The notes under the pieces are model-generated. The model worked only from the letters and a program-made list of their open reading frames with translations. It was not told where the DNA came from and did not search any database. From an uncultured virus (IMG/VR IMGVR_UViG_3300032132_000750) (taxonomy: Duplodnaviria; Heunggongvirae; Uroviricota; Caudoviricetes), in the IMG/VR virus record IMGVR_UViG_3300032132_000750: a DNA stretch of 64,000 nucleotides, one strand, 5' to 3'. Below, in pieces: positions 33,274-42,907 of the stretch. Both the position numbers and the translations under genes were made by a program. Within the stretch, counting starts at the first letter, position 1, and every line of letters starts with the position of its first letter.

Positions 33274-33662
33274 TGATTGCGCGATATTTGTGGGCATTGT
33301 TTAGGCGATGGTGGCATTGCTTGATACGTCTTCACCGCTCTGTTGATCTTCGAGGTCAGGGTGTAAGGTGGGTAGGCTGTGAATGTGGAAAAAGATTCTG
33401 GAACGAATAAATACTATCTTCTCTTGAGAAGAATGCTTTTACGTTACAGCGTTAGATTTTTATTTGCTAGTTTGATTGCTAGTATGGTTGTCTGGGACTA
33501 CACTTTCTCAGGCTCTCACATTGCATTCGATGCCACCGCTCTAGATAATAAATGCATCGCAGTAATAACTACTGCATCTGTGTCTATTAAAGTTGGTGAT
33601 AGTCTTGATATGTTAGTGACTGAAACAAGTCACCAGCTTTCCCTGTTTGGTAAGGAATACAA

Positions 33663-34007
33663 GTGAGCGAATTTACCCACGTTACTACTTTTAGGGTTCA
33701 TGATTGCGCGGAATGTGGGATTATTTTCGCAATCCCTGATAGCTACGATAAAAGGCGCGCAGATGATGGTAAGACATTTTACTGCCCCAACCAGCATAGA
33801 ATGAGCTATCCAGGTATTCTTCCTAGAAAAGAACTTAAGATCACCCTTGACGAAGCCAACCAGCGTATTGCTGAATTGAATAGTGATAGAGCTACTTTGA
33901 TCGGGCGGTTAGATCAAGCGGAAGCTATGATGGCCGAAAACGGATTGCTTGAAGATAAAAACGCCCCACCCGCAGCACCACCGCCAGCACCTAGAGATGA
34001 AACATGA
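33663..34007 (+). CDS. Hypothetical Zn-finger/coiled-coil protein
   Basis: CAECG..FYCPNQH followed by coiled coil. Confidence 0.6.
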   Translation: MSEFTHVTTFRVHDCAECGIIFAIPDSYDKRRADDGKTFYCPNQHRMSYPGILPRKELKITLDEANQRIAELNSDRATLIGRLDQAEAMMAENGLLEDKNAPPAAPPPAPRDET

Positions 34008-34171
34008 ATGAATCCGAAAAATTAGCTAAGGCGATGAAAGAAGCGGCGGATAAGCTGTTGAATGACGAGAAATCTATCCTGGCTCCTTGCAAAAATGCAT
34101 ATAAGGATAGTCGTGATGGATTAACTAGCTGCTCCTGTTGGAGATGTCGTCCAGACGACTCAAATAGGTAA

Positions 34172-34936
34172 TTACCAGGGCATTGAAGGTCTATTGTGAC
34201 CCCAACTGCTGTTACGTCTAGGTTTATTGTAGCTATAGCTCAAGCCCATATCCATTAGGCTATTTGCGACCTGGTTTCTTCGGTAGCGAGGATTTCTCTG
34301 CCAGGGTATGCGGCATTCACTACATAAGCAAGCAACCGGTGGTGGGCATAGTGGGCATCCCCCATGCTCATAAATAAATCCTGAATTACAGTTTGTGTGT
34401 TCAAGTGGTTCGGGGTTTCTTCTAGCTGCGTAAAGCATAAGACCGGCTCGATCAAAAATATCAGCTTCAATCTTATCAACCTCTTCCTGGCCTAGAATAG
34501 CTACGCACTCGTCGTAGCGAGGCTTCCACGGGAAAATTTCTACATCTTGAAGAGGTAGTCCTTTCTCCGTGCGATCTGCTTGACGGGTAAAGAAGTTGTA
34601 TAGGTAGTTGCGTGCAGCAGCCGGGCTGACAGCCTCAAAATCTCCGTAATCCTCTGCATCTTTTCTGGGGATGCTTAGTAATGGCTTACGATACATATAG
34701 CTATCAGTAGAGTGTCTTCCTAGCTGTTTATCATAGCGATCCCAATAGTATTTAGCTTCGCTCCAACGGATCTTTTCAAGAGCCCGTTCTTCGTTAGTCA
34801 TATCGAAGCTATTAAAATCGCTTAACTTAGTCACTCCCTGGCCTGCCCACCAGTTAAGATGTTCTTGGCATTTTTCTAGTGTAGGTTGACGAAAGTTGCC
34901 TGGGCTGTAATCTTCGTCTGGATTATATCTGTACAT
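34172..34936 (-). CDS. Hypothetical protein with repeated RxN(P) motifs
   Basis: SD GAGGAG; MYRYNP, RRNP, QRNPRYRRN, RRNSS. Confidence 0.65.
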   Translation of the reverse strand: MYRYNPDEDYSPGNFRQPTLEKCQEHLNWWAGQGVTKLSDFNSFDMTNEERALEKIRWSEAKYYWDRYDKQLGRHSTDSYMYRKPLLSIPRKDAEDYGDFEAVSPAAARNYLYNFFTRQADRTEKGLPLQDVEIFPWKPRYDECVAILGQEEVDKIEADIFDRAGLMLYAARRNPEPLEHTNCNSGFIYEHGGCPLCPPPVACLCSECRIPWQRNPRYRRNQVANSLMDMGLSYSYNKPRRNSSWGHNRPSMPW

Positions 34937-34966
34937 TTTAGCTCCTCAATTCATTATAATATATCT

Positions 34967-35803
34967 ATGCAAGACAGCATAAATGTTTATAAGCAATTTA
35001 TTGTAGCTGCTATCCTAGGGCAAATAAGCGCTGCCGATTCTATCATTAGACAATATCGCTCAGATATATACAGGGTAGCTGCCTACCTACAGCAACTTGA
35101 TCCACAGGCAATTGACGTTGTCTTTAGGGGTCTTCTAATCGAGCCCGGTCAAGTTCGTGGAGGAAAGCCATTACAGCCAGAGATAGGAGAGTTTGCGTCT
35201 TACTCTGAGGATTTACAAGTTGCTTGCTGGTTTGCAATTCCAAACACCTGGATAGCTGGAACTCTTGTTGAGGGCCGACCCAATGTCGTTGGTTGGATCG
35301 GAGAGCATGTTCCAAAAGCAAGTGAGATCATATTTCACCATAATCAGACTAAAACAGTTAACGATTTGCCTGGCCCTTCATTAGTTGATTTCGCAAGAAT
35401 GCTAGCCAGTAATCTAGATCCGGCTAGAACTGCGGCTGAGGGTCCTGATTGGGCTATGGCGCAAATAGGTTGGAGCTTAAACACCCAGCAAGAGGTGATC
35501 TTAAAGAAGGATACGCCACTAAGACTTACGCGCGTAGAAGAATACTCTTGTTCTGCGGTAGAGCCCCTCGATAAACGCTTTAGATATCGACCATCTTTTA
35601 TTCTAGCCCCACCTGGATTGCAGTCTGTAGGTATTCAGCCTGGAGAACGTCTGGACATCGCTGACGTTGATTATCACGAGCCTAATAGGCTTTGCCCTCA
35701 ATGTAGGGGGCCTGGATTGTTTCTAACATACCACTTTGATCAAGCTAATTTATTACTTATGCAATGCGAGCTTTGTCACCAAAATATGTTTGGCCAATCT
35801 TAA
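34967..35803 (+). CDS. Putative ADP-ribosyltransferase (R-S-E type) with C-terminal Zn ribbon
   Basis: VFRGL, FASYS, QQEVIL in the expected order; CPQC..CELC. Confidence 0.55.
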   Translation: MQDSINVYKQFIVAAILGQISAADSIIRQYRSDIYRVAAYLQQLDPQAIDVVFRGLLIEPGQVRGGKPLQPEIGEFASYSEDLQVACWFAIPNTWIAGTLVEGRPNVVGWIGEHVPKASEIIFHHNQTKTVNDLPGPSLVDFARMLASNLDPARTAAEGPDWAMAQIGWSLNTQQEVILKKDTPLRLTRVEEYSCSAVEPLDKRFRYRPSFILAPPGLQSVGIQPGERLDIADVDYHEPNRLCPQCRGPGLFLTYHFDQANLLLMQCELCHQNMFGQS

Positions 35804-36261
35804 TCTCGTAGTTGTTTTTGAAGACTATCCATATTTCTAGAAATAGCTGTTAGTTTAGACATTACTTGCTGTCTTAGCTTTTCATTTTCTAGTTCTAGCT
35901 GAAGTCGCAAGTATCTTTCTCTGGCATACTGGACTGTTCTTCTCAAAGTATCATCGCTGTATTGATCTTTTAAGATATAGTCCTGAACTCCAAACTTTAT
36001 TGCTTTTAAAGCCATTTCAAAATTATCGTTAGACGTTAAGACAACAACAGGTAGTTTCCTACAAATCTCCCTCAAAGAATCTACTCCATCACTGTCCGGT
36101 AATCCCAGATCAAAAATAGCTACATCGAATTTTTGTTCCTCAAGCATAGTAAATCCTGCTTCAGAGGTCCCAACATGTGTTATCGACATCTCATAATTTT
36201 CCAATACCTTGCTGGCAAACAATGCATCATGCGGGTTGTCTTCAACTAAGAGTATATTCAT
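35800..36261 (-). CDS. Response regulator receiver protein
   Basis: LLVEDN, FDLGLPD, VVLTS, DYILK. Confidence 0.9.
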   Translation of the reverse strand: MNILLVEDNPHDALFASKVLENYEMSITHVGTSEAGFTMLEEQKFDVAIFDLGLPDSDGVDSLREICRKLPVVVLTSNDNFEMALKAIKFGVQDYILKDQYSDDTLRRTVQYARERYLRLQLELENEKLRQQVMSKLTAISRNMDSLQKQLRD

Positions 36262-36306
36262 AGATTGATTATACTACATATATTGAATATATGCTAAAGT
36301 ATAACT

Positions 36307-37368
36307 ATGTCGAAGGAACGTTACAACCTTGCGGAAGAGATGTTAGCTTTTTGGGATTGGCATATCCCTTCTGGTGAGGAGTATTGGTCAGCAGCCTTTT
36401 ATCGACTTCTAGGCTACCAGAATAATGAAATAAAGGCTTCGTATGAAGAATGGGAGGCTCGACTTCACCCCGACGACAAAGAACGTGTTTTAGAGGCCGT
36501 TGACGCTCACTTTAAAGATGCCCTTCCCTATAAAATAGACTACCGTCTTCGATTAAAGGATGGTTCCTATAAATGGTTTCGTGCTCAAGGCTCATCAGTA
36601 AGAGATGAAGAAGGCAATCCTCGTCGTATGGCAGGCTCTTTAGAGGATATAAACAATCTCAAAGTACGTACGAAAGCACTTCGTCAAACCAACGAACAAC
36701 TGCGACAATTCGCCTACGCAGCTTCGCACGATCTAAGAGAGCCTCTCCGGGTTATTCAGGGTTATGCGCAATTACTCGAAACTATGGAGCTAGATATAGA
36801 TCCAGAAGCTCAAAGCTATATTGACTGGATGATTGACGGCACCCAGAGAATGTCGGGTATGATCGACGATCTGCTTATATATTCACGGCTTAGCTCTGAC
36901 GAACAAAAACTTACAACGGTAAGTATGTATAGCACATTTGACCATGCTAAATCTAGTTTGCGGCAACAAGCAGGAGAAAGTGGTGCTATTATTAACTGTT
37001 GCAGCAATTTACCTGCTGTTATAGGTATAAAAACTCATTTGCAGAGATTACTACAAAACCTCTTTAGCAATGCGATTAAATTTAGTGATCCTTCCAGACC
37101 TCCTAATATAATGCTTACTGTGGAAAAAGAAAATGGGCTCACTACTTTTGCAGTATCCGATAATGGGATAGGGATTAAGGAGCGACACTATAAAAGAATA
37201 TTTAATCTTTTCAAGAGATTACACCCTCCAGGTAAATTCGAAGGAACCGGAATGGGTTTGGCTATTTGCCAAAAAATTATAGAATACCACGGCGGCCAAA
37301 TTTGGGTCGAATCTGAGTTTGGTAAAGGATCTACTTTTTTCTTTACCCTACCCTCTAACGATAAGTAA
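36307..37368 (+). CDS. PAS-domain sensor histidine kinase (cytoplasmic)
   Basis: PAS (LHPDD), H-box ASHDLREPL, N-box NLFSNAIKF, DNGIG, GTGMGL. Confidence 0.95.
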   Translation: MSKERYNLAEEMLAFWDWHIPSGEEYWSAAFYRLLGYQNNEIKASYEEWEARLHPDDKERVLEAVDAHFKDALPYKIDYRLRLKDGSYKWFRAQGSSVRDEEGNPRRMAGSLEDINNLKVRTKALRQTNEQLRQFAYAASHDLREPLRVIQGYAQLLETMELDIDPEAQSYIDWMIDGTQRMSGMIDDLLIYSRLSSDEQKLTTVSMYSTFDHAKSSLRQQAGESGAIINCCSNLPAVIGIKTHLQRLLQNLFSNAIKFSDPSRPPNIMLTVEKENGLTTFAVSDNGIGIKERHYKRIFNLFKRLHPPGKFEGTGMGLAICQKIIEYHGGQIWVESEFGKGSTFFFTLPSNDK

Positions 37369-37790
37369 TGATTGAGATATTATTAGCTGAAGATAACCCA
37401 CATGATGTCAGATTCGTAGAACAAGCTTTGAAAAGCGGCAAACTTCTACATAATTTACATGTTGTTCGTGATGGAGAAGATGCATTAGACTTTCTCTACA
37501 AAAGAGCCCCTTATGAGAGTGTTCCTCGACCTGATTTAATACTTCTAGACCTCAATATGCCAAATCTTAGCGGGCAAGAAGTATTGGAAGAAATCAAGCA
37601 TGATAAAGACTTACTTAGCATACCTACTGTGGTTTTAACCTCTAGCGATGCTGATGGTGACATAGTGAACGCCTACAAGACGCACGTTAATGCTTACATA
37701 GTGAAGCCCGTAGATTTCAAGAAGTTCTTTGATATAGTGAGAAAGATTGAAGATTTCTGGCTAGTTATTGTCAAAAGGCCCCCCAAGTAG
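37368..37790 (+). CDS. Single-domain response regulator (Rcp1-like)
   Basis: LLAEDN, PDLILLDLNMP, VVLTSS, YIVKP. Confidence 0.92.
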   Translation: MIEILLAEDNPHDVRFVEQALKSGKLLHNLHVVRDGEDALDFLYKRAPYESVPRPDLILLDLNMPNLSGQEVLEEIKHDKDLLSIPTVVLTSSDADGDIVNAYKTHVNAYIVKPVDFKKFFDIVRKIEDFWLVIVKRPPK

Positions 37791-37807
37791 TTTGTTAAAA
37801 TATAAGA

Positions 37808-38737
37808 ATGTCAGACGCCGCTCTTCGTAGGTTAGAACGAATATTTCAATACGACCCCTCTGATAGGGCGCTATTTGAACTTAATGTACATCGCGTTCGA
37901 CAGGGTGTAGTGGATCTCCCCCTTACGTATGATGAAATACAAGAAGTTGAAAGCCAAGGTCGGGGATCATTGCCTATTCTGGAAGCAGCCTTATTACGCT
38001 ATCATCTAGTAGTTATCGGTCAACCCCCGTCATCGTATGACGAACCCAAAAATGATGAAGAAAGGTTAGAGCGTCTTCAAAGAAATGCGGTTCATACCTT
38101 ATTGAGCGCTATCGGTCGTCTAGGTGATATTAATTATTCTCAAATGCTAAATAGTCTTGCGGATTATTTTGACGAACATCATACAGGCTACTATAGTTGT
38201 TATTCTGCGGATAAGGCACGAAATATTATCGCGTGGTTCCAGCTAAAACAACATTATGGGTTCAATGATGAAACAAGTGTTTGGGATCTTGTTGGGGCTA
38301 GCCCCTTGATTGATAGAATCATTGTAATCCCTGATAATACTTATCTATCAAGAACTTGGACTGAACTGCGCTCAGGTTATTGGAAAACAGAAGGCACGCC
38401 CTACTCTGGCAGTGTATACCATGAGGGTAGTTGGGGCCATCAAAGATGGAGACATAGTGTTCCTGGCTACGGGGGTGCGGAATCCACTGCACAATCCGCT
38501 ATGGGTACAGTATTGAGAAAAATATTTAGGCTCAAATATCAAGGGCACAGAGAAGGCAGCAGGGATCCGCTACCTCCGTCTCAAAGACCGGAAGAGGTGG
38601 CTTTCATCATCACACAAGAAGGTGTTGATTTAATCTCTGAAGAGAATCTTTACTATAGGGTTGACTCGCACAGCGGCACAAGGTCATCTAGAGAACCTTG
38701 GAGCTGGAATTTCTTATTTAATTTTGAGGTCAAATGA
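37808..38737 (+). CDS. Hypothetical protein, N-terminal DxxLRxLER module
   Basis: MSDAALRRLER; TG-T-TAAAAT 6 nt upstream. Confidence 0.65.
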   Translation: MSDAALRRLERIFQYDPSDRALFELNVHRVRQGVVDLPLTYDEIQEVESQGRGSLPILEAALLRYHLVVIGQPPSSYDEPKNDEERLERLQRNAVHTLLSAIGRLGDINYSQMLNSLADYFDEHHTGYYSCYSADKARNIIAWFQLKQHYGFNDETSVWDLVGASPLIDRIIVIPDNTYLSRTWTELRSGYWKTEGTPYSGSVYHEGSWGHQRWRHSVPGYGGAESTAQSAMGTVLRKIFRLKYQGHREGSRDPLPPSQRPEEVAFIITQEGVDLISEENLYYRVDSHSGTRSSREPWSWNFLFNFEVK

Positions 38738-38975
38738 GCTTTACACCCGAATACATAGCAACTTTAGAGCAAATCCTTGATGGGTCCTTTACGGGGACTC
38801 CTACAACACAGATGCTTATTGATATGCAACAACTCATGGATTACGACCCGTGGATCGATGCTCCTCTTACATCGGAAGAGATGAAAGCCATTGAACGGGC
38901 TGAGGAAACATTCAACCCCTAGTCAGCCGCCGCGAGGCCCCTAAGTGACGGCCTGGCAACAACTTAACTTGGGCC

Positions 38976-39003
38976 TTGACTCCGGGGCCTGGCAGGCTAT
39001 ACT
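38976..39003 (+). promoter_or_regulatory. Sigma70-type promoter at the start of the RNA island
   Basis: TTGACT-16 nt-TATACT. Confidence 0.6.
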
Positions 39004-39025
39004 AGGAGGACAGTCGAGGGGAACA

Positions 39026-39253
39026 TTGGCTGCGAAGCAACTCACTAACACAGATTTTGGCACTCGTGTCCGTACTCCCAATGGGTTTACAGGCACAACA
39101 CAGGGTCAAACTGAGTACGGTGAAAGCTATGTGGCTGTTTCCCTCGACATTAACAAACTAGATGCACCCTTGAGTGCATTCCCTATCTCACAACTCACCA
39201 TCATTGATGGAGAAGACAAAACGATGAAGAACATAATCGACGACGGAACTTGA
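39026..39253 (+). CDS. Hypothetical small protein
   Basis: TTG start after GAGGGG, in frame with ORF 38945. Confidence 0.45.
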   Translation: MAAKQLTNTDFGTRVRTPNGFTGTTQGQTEYGESYVAVSLDINKLDAPLSAFPISQLTIIDGEDKTMKNIIDDGT

Positions 39254-39259
39254 CCCGTT

Positions 39260-40140
39260 AACAAAGGGCTGCATGACGATGCAAGTCCGCTGTTCCACTG
39301 ACCCCTATCACAGTGAGGATGGCATTCATTACTAATTGATGGGGCGGGTTGTTGTGGCTGGACTGGCACAGCACATAACCTTCCTTCGGGATGACGCTCG
39401 TAAATAACGCTGGAAGGGGTTTTCACTGCTTTGTCGGGGCCTAAGTCACGACGGGATTCGAACAGTGAAGAAGAGTTTCATTGGCGCTGGGCAGCCGAAT
39501 GGACATTAGTTTCTGCGTGAACACTGTTCCCTTATGGGAGTAGCAAACTTGAGTTGCACAGTGGGTCGTGGACGGGTAATCTGGGGCTGTAACCTTGGCG
39601 GAAGCGGATAGGTTGGGCTCATTTGATTCAGGGAAAGGTGCGTTGAGTTAAGGGGGAGGGAAACTTACCCCGGCGAGTCAACAAACTATAACCGCTCGTT
39701 GCAGGGTCACTCCTGCCAGAAGCATTGTTTCTGTGTTGGTGTCGTGAAAGCGGTAACAACTGATAAGTACCCTGAATGACGCGGCCTTGATCCGATAGGC
39801 TAAGGATTCAGACTTAGGGAAATGAAGACGGCCTTCGGATGTTGTGCCTGAAACTATAACCGCTTGTTGCAGGGAAGATCCTTGCCAGAAACATTAAAAC
39901 ACGAACGCTGGGCATTAAGAGGCGAAAGAACATCATAGACCGCCACCAACAGCTAGGTTTCAAAGTTCCTTCGGGAATACAGAAACCACAAACGGCATAG
40001 GTGACAACCCTGTGATGAGACAGAGCGCTTGATGTCCAGTGTTCACCAAACATGCTGCTTGAAGGGCAAAATCCTAGGATTGTTTGCGAGTAAGACGTGG
40101 GAAACTCCGTTTCGCAAGCGGCCCTGATAGCGGCTCCAAC
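39260..40140 (+). ncRNA. Candidate large structured ncRNA(s), boundaries approximate
   Basis: ~880 nt without a convincing ORF; many hairpins with GNRA/UUCG-type loops; ~45-nt internal duplication at 39683 and 39851. Confidence 0.55.
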
Positions 40141-40151
40141 ACGAGGTAACA

Positions 40152-40352
40152 GTGGCAAAGTTGCAAGTCAAGGAACTTCCCAATCACCCCCAGCGTAAAG
40201 CTGAAATCAACACTCGTTTTGCGGGTAAAACGATTTCTCGGGTGGAGATTGCGAGCCTTGATTATTGGATCTTTCACTTTACGGATGGTTCCCAGGTAAC
40301 CGTTGAAACCCAGGCAATGGGTATGGGTATTACGGGGCTGGACGTAGCCTAA
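40152..40352 (+). CDS. Hypothetical small protein
   Basis: GTG start after GAGGT; 66 aa. Confidence 0.55.
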   Translation: MAKLQVKELPNHPQRKAEINTRFAGKTISRVEIASLDYWIFHFTDGSQVTVETQAMGMGITGLDVA

Positions 40353-40359
40353 AAACAAA

Positions 40360-40630
40360 GGGCTGGTAGCTTAGAGATTGGTATAGCACAAAGAAGATTA
40401 GGCACAGAGCGTAAGCTCAACGATACGACCTGAAAACAGGTTATGCTGTATCAGGATGTTTCGGTGCCGAAAGTAGTAAAGTTCTTCCTTTCGAGGCCGA
40501 TAATTACTGCGCCCCACAATACACTTGTGGGGTTAAAGGACTCTTCCCTAGACAAGACCCACATCGCTTTCGGGCGTTACAAGTTGAGTCAGGAAATAGC
40601 GTAATCTCAAGTGGATGAGAATTCCACACT
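40360..40630 (+). ncRNA. Candidate structured ncRNA
   Basis: ORF-free; CTTAGAGATTG near the 5' end can pair with TAATCTCAAG near 40602; several short hairpins. Confidence 0.4.
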
Positions 40631-40631
40631 T

Positions 40632-41026
40632 GGATCAGGCAACACAAGAGAGATTGCAGTAATGCAATCAGGGCGGTGAAGATGCTACGGGTGCAAATCC
40701 TAACTGGTCCTTATCCTTGAAGGTTGGAAAACCTCAGTCATTGATCCTCCCATGTTGGAGGTATGTGGATGAGAGAATGTGGAACCTTACAGTAGGTTGA
40801 AGTCCTACACTTGGATCGGGCAACACAAGAGGTGATTGCTAGTGGCGAGCTTCCAATGGAAGTTAGCAGCGCTAGGGCCTTCGGGCAACAATTACGGTAA
40901 GGTGAATGCTATGGGTGCAAATCCTAACCGATCCTTTGGATCAGACGACATTGGACAAGCCGCAAGGAATTGTGGCGAAAGCCTGCTTGAATGATGTGCG
41001 TTACGGGTGCAAATCCTGACTGGTCC
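40632..41026 (+). ncRNA. Three related tRNA-like units (40632-40710, 40813-40934, 40938-41026)
   Basis: GGATCRG...GGGTGCAAATCCT-RA-CYGRTCC with compensatory changes. Confidence 0.65.
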
Positions 41027-41029
41027 GTG

Positions 41030-41116
41030 TTTCTCGATAGTTATGCAGGATTGAATCGGCATAGCAAAACGACCAGATCGGCTAGTTGACGGTTCCGGTG
41101 AAAGTCCGGCGGGAAG
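41030..41116 (+). ncRNA. tRNA-like RNA, degenerate
   Basis: TTCTCG/CGGGAA closing stem, GTTATGC/GCATAGC hairpin, CCGG-TGAAAGT-CCGG T-like arm. Confidence 0.4.
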
Positions 41117-41318
41117 CTTTGCAGTAGATGTAGGAAAGAACACCTTGAGGTTGAAAGACGATCCCCTCGACTTTCGTTATCCCTCGGTGTTGGGTCAAAA
41201 AAATTGGGTTTGTTATACAGACCTGGTGAAAAAGCAGCATTAAGTTGGCTACAAGACTCCCCTACATCTCTGCGCTACACAACTCAAGACAAGTCTCGGC
41301 ACGAGACAAGGAAAAAAC

Positions 41319-41843
41319 TTGAACAACGACGAGAACAAGAACGAGATTCCCAAGCCTGTTGGCAAACCCTACGAGCAAGCCGAGAAGTCCATCGACCCCG
41401 ATGGCAAGCATCGTGCCGCTCGGGCAGTAAAGGCCGAAACACCTTTGTCCGACGAAGAGCGTGCAGAGCGTGCAAAGCGCGATGAAGAGCGTCGTGCAGA
41501 GCGTGCAAAGCTTCGCGAGGAGCGTCGTGTAGAGCGTGAGAAGCGCGATGCAGAGGAAGAGGCACGGCTTCGTACGCAGTTGCGCGCAGACTGCATTACG
41601 GCCTGCGAGACGTGGCCTGTGCGTCAGCTTCGCACGCTCGAAACCACGGTCTCCAACCTGGCTCTTGCAGGAGTGCTGACTGAGTCAGTTGTAGCTTCTG
41701 TCTCCAAGATCAGCGATGAGAAGAGTGCAACGGCTGTGCTGGCTGAGTTGCTCGCGGAGCGCAAGGTTCGTGAAACGCTTGAGCGTGAGCGTCGTGAAAA
41801 CGACGAGCGTGAGAACACGGACGAGAACCGCGTTCAAGCCTAA
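41319..41843 (+). CDS. Arg/Glu-rich coiled-coil protein
   Basis: TTG start after AAGGA; ERAERAK-type repeats. Confidence 0.65.
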   Translation: MNNDENKNEIPKPVGKPYEQAEKSIDPDGKHRAARAVKAETPLSDEERAERAKRDEERRAERAKLREERRVEREKRDAEEEARLRTQLRADCITACETWPVRQLRTLETTVSNLALAGVLTESVVASVSKISDEKSATAVLAELLAERKVRETLERERRENDERENTDENRVQA

Positions 41844-41849
41844 AATCTT

Positions 41850-41949
41850 AGTCCTATAGTGTTAATGGCAGGGTAGATGAGCCCACCCAGGTTCATTGCT
41901 AGCACGCCGAGTTATATCGGTAGACGGGGTTCGATTCCCCGTAGGACGC
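41850..41949 (+). ncRNA. tRNA-like RNA with enlarged D arm and 6-nt anticodon loop
   Basis: GTCCTA/TAGGAC, GTGT..GCAC enclosing an insert, GCCGA-GTTATA-TCGGT, CGGGG-TTCGATT-CCCCG. Confidence 0.55.
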
Positions 41950-42246
41950 TTTCAGAACATTGAGCGCTGGACGTAGAACAAGGTGGCTGGAGTTATTGGA
42001 CAAACATCCGGAGGCATATAGCACTCGCTTTGAGAGTTGCGAAGTCCTCTCGGCGGTGCTAGAATGGGCGCGCGGCATTGCTCCGTAACGCTACTCTCTG
42101 ATAAAGAGACGTGCGTTGTTGCATGAGCCAAGGCGATAACGGTTCCGTTGTTGTTGGTGCAACGATGTTTTTAGGGGCGGGTAAACCGTTCCGTGTTCGA
42201 CGGCAAAAGTGGCTGCGTTCTACGTTCAGCGCTCAATGTTCTGAAA
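41950..42246 (+). ncRNA. ~297-nt RNA closed by a 30-bp heptad-repeat stem (family member 2)
   Basis: 41950-41979 pairs with 42217-42246 with one G-U. Confidence 0.65.
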
Positions 42247-42407
42247 AGTTCAGGTGATTAGTATGATTCAACTTGCATGTATCTTTGATTTTGGTCTCTG
42301 CTTCGTAGTTGGGGGGCTTGTTCTCGCGGCAACAGGTAAGACCTTTCACTGGTGCTTCAAAAAGAATTGCAGCGATCATCAGCACTGAATAGTTTCAAAA
42401 TAAACTA

Positions 42408-42480
42408 GGGGGCGTAACTCAATTGGTAGAGTACCGGCCTTTTAAGCCGTTTGTTGCGAGTTCAAGTCTCGCCGCCCCTA
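42408..42480 (+). tRNA. tRNA-Lys(TTT)
   Basis: Canonical cloverleaf, anticodon loop CTTTTAA, T loop TTCAAGT. Confidence 0.93.
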
Positions 42481-42509
42481 TTTTTAACCCTCAACCGATT
42501 CCGAATGAA

Positions 42510-42875
42510 ATGCGAAAACCGTCCGTAAAACATTTGACCGATGAGCAGCTTACACAGTGGTATCCTACCCAGTATACCGAAGTGAAAGAGGCTCATCCAG
42601 AAGCAGATGAAGCCACTTTGTTGGTTGAGTTGCGGAAGGTTCTTCTCGCAATGCATGACCCCCTTACCGGGCCAGCATGTAATGCGATTAATGCAAAGGG
42701 TGAATCCGTTAACATCGAAGACCCTGCTGTCAAAGACGCATGGATGAATGGTGGTCCAGGTTTTGAGAACCCTTTCTGTCTTCATTGCGAGAAAGATGAC
42801 TCGACCACCATCACCCGTAAGTCGGGTATCAAGGTCACGCTCCCTCCGGGAATGAAAATCACAAATCCAGACTGA
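42510..42875 (+). CDS. Hypothetical protein
   Basis: ATG 42510 in frame with ORF 42423, downstream of the tRNA. Confidence 0.55.
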   Translation: MRKPSVKHLTDEQLTQWYPTQYTEVKEAHPEADEATLLVELRKVLLAMHDPLTGPACNAINAKGESVNIEDPAVKDAWMNGGPGFENPFCLHCEKDDSTTITRKSGIKVTLPPGMKITNPD

Positions 42876-42879
42876 GTGC

Positions 42880-42907
42880 TTGACACCCAGCCAGGGCGTG
42901 CTAGTAT
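42880..42907 (+). promoter_or_regulatory. Sigma70-type promoter for the repeat-RNA/TROVE-TerD unit
   Basis: TTGACA-16 nt-TAGTAT with extended TG; predicted start coincides with repeat 1 at ~42913. Confidence 0.65.

Noticed and set aside
39683..39726. 23S rRNA fragment (AACTATAAC)
   Set aside because: The match ends after about 9 nt; no other rRNA signature nearby
39260..41200. Group I/II intron or RNase P RNA
   Set aside because: No group II domain V, group I P7 or RNase P P4 consensus found by eye; a covariance search is still needed
41950..42246. Retron msr-msd or MITE
   Set aside because: No reverse transcriptase or transposase in the window and no target-site duplication seen; not fully excluded without the rest of the genome
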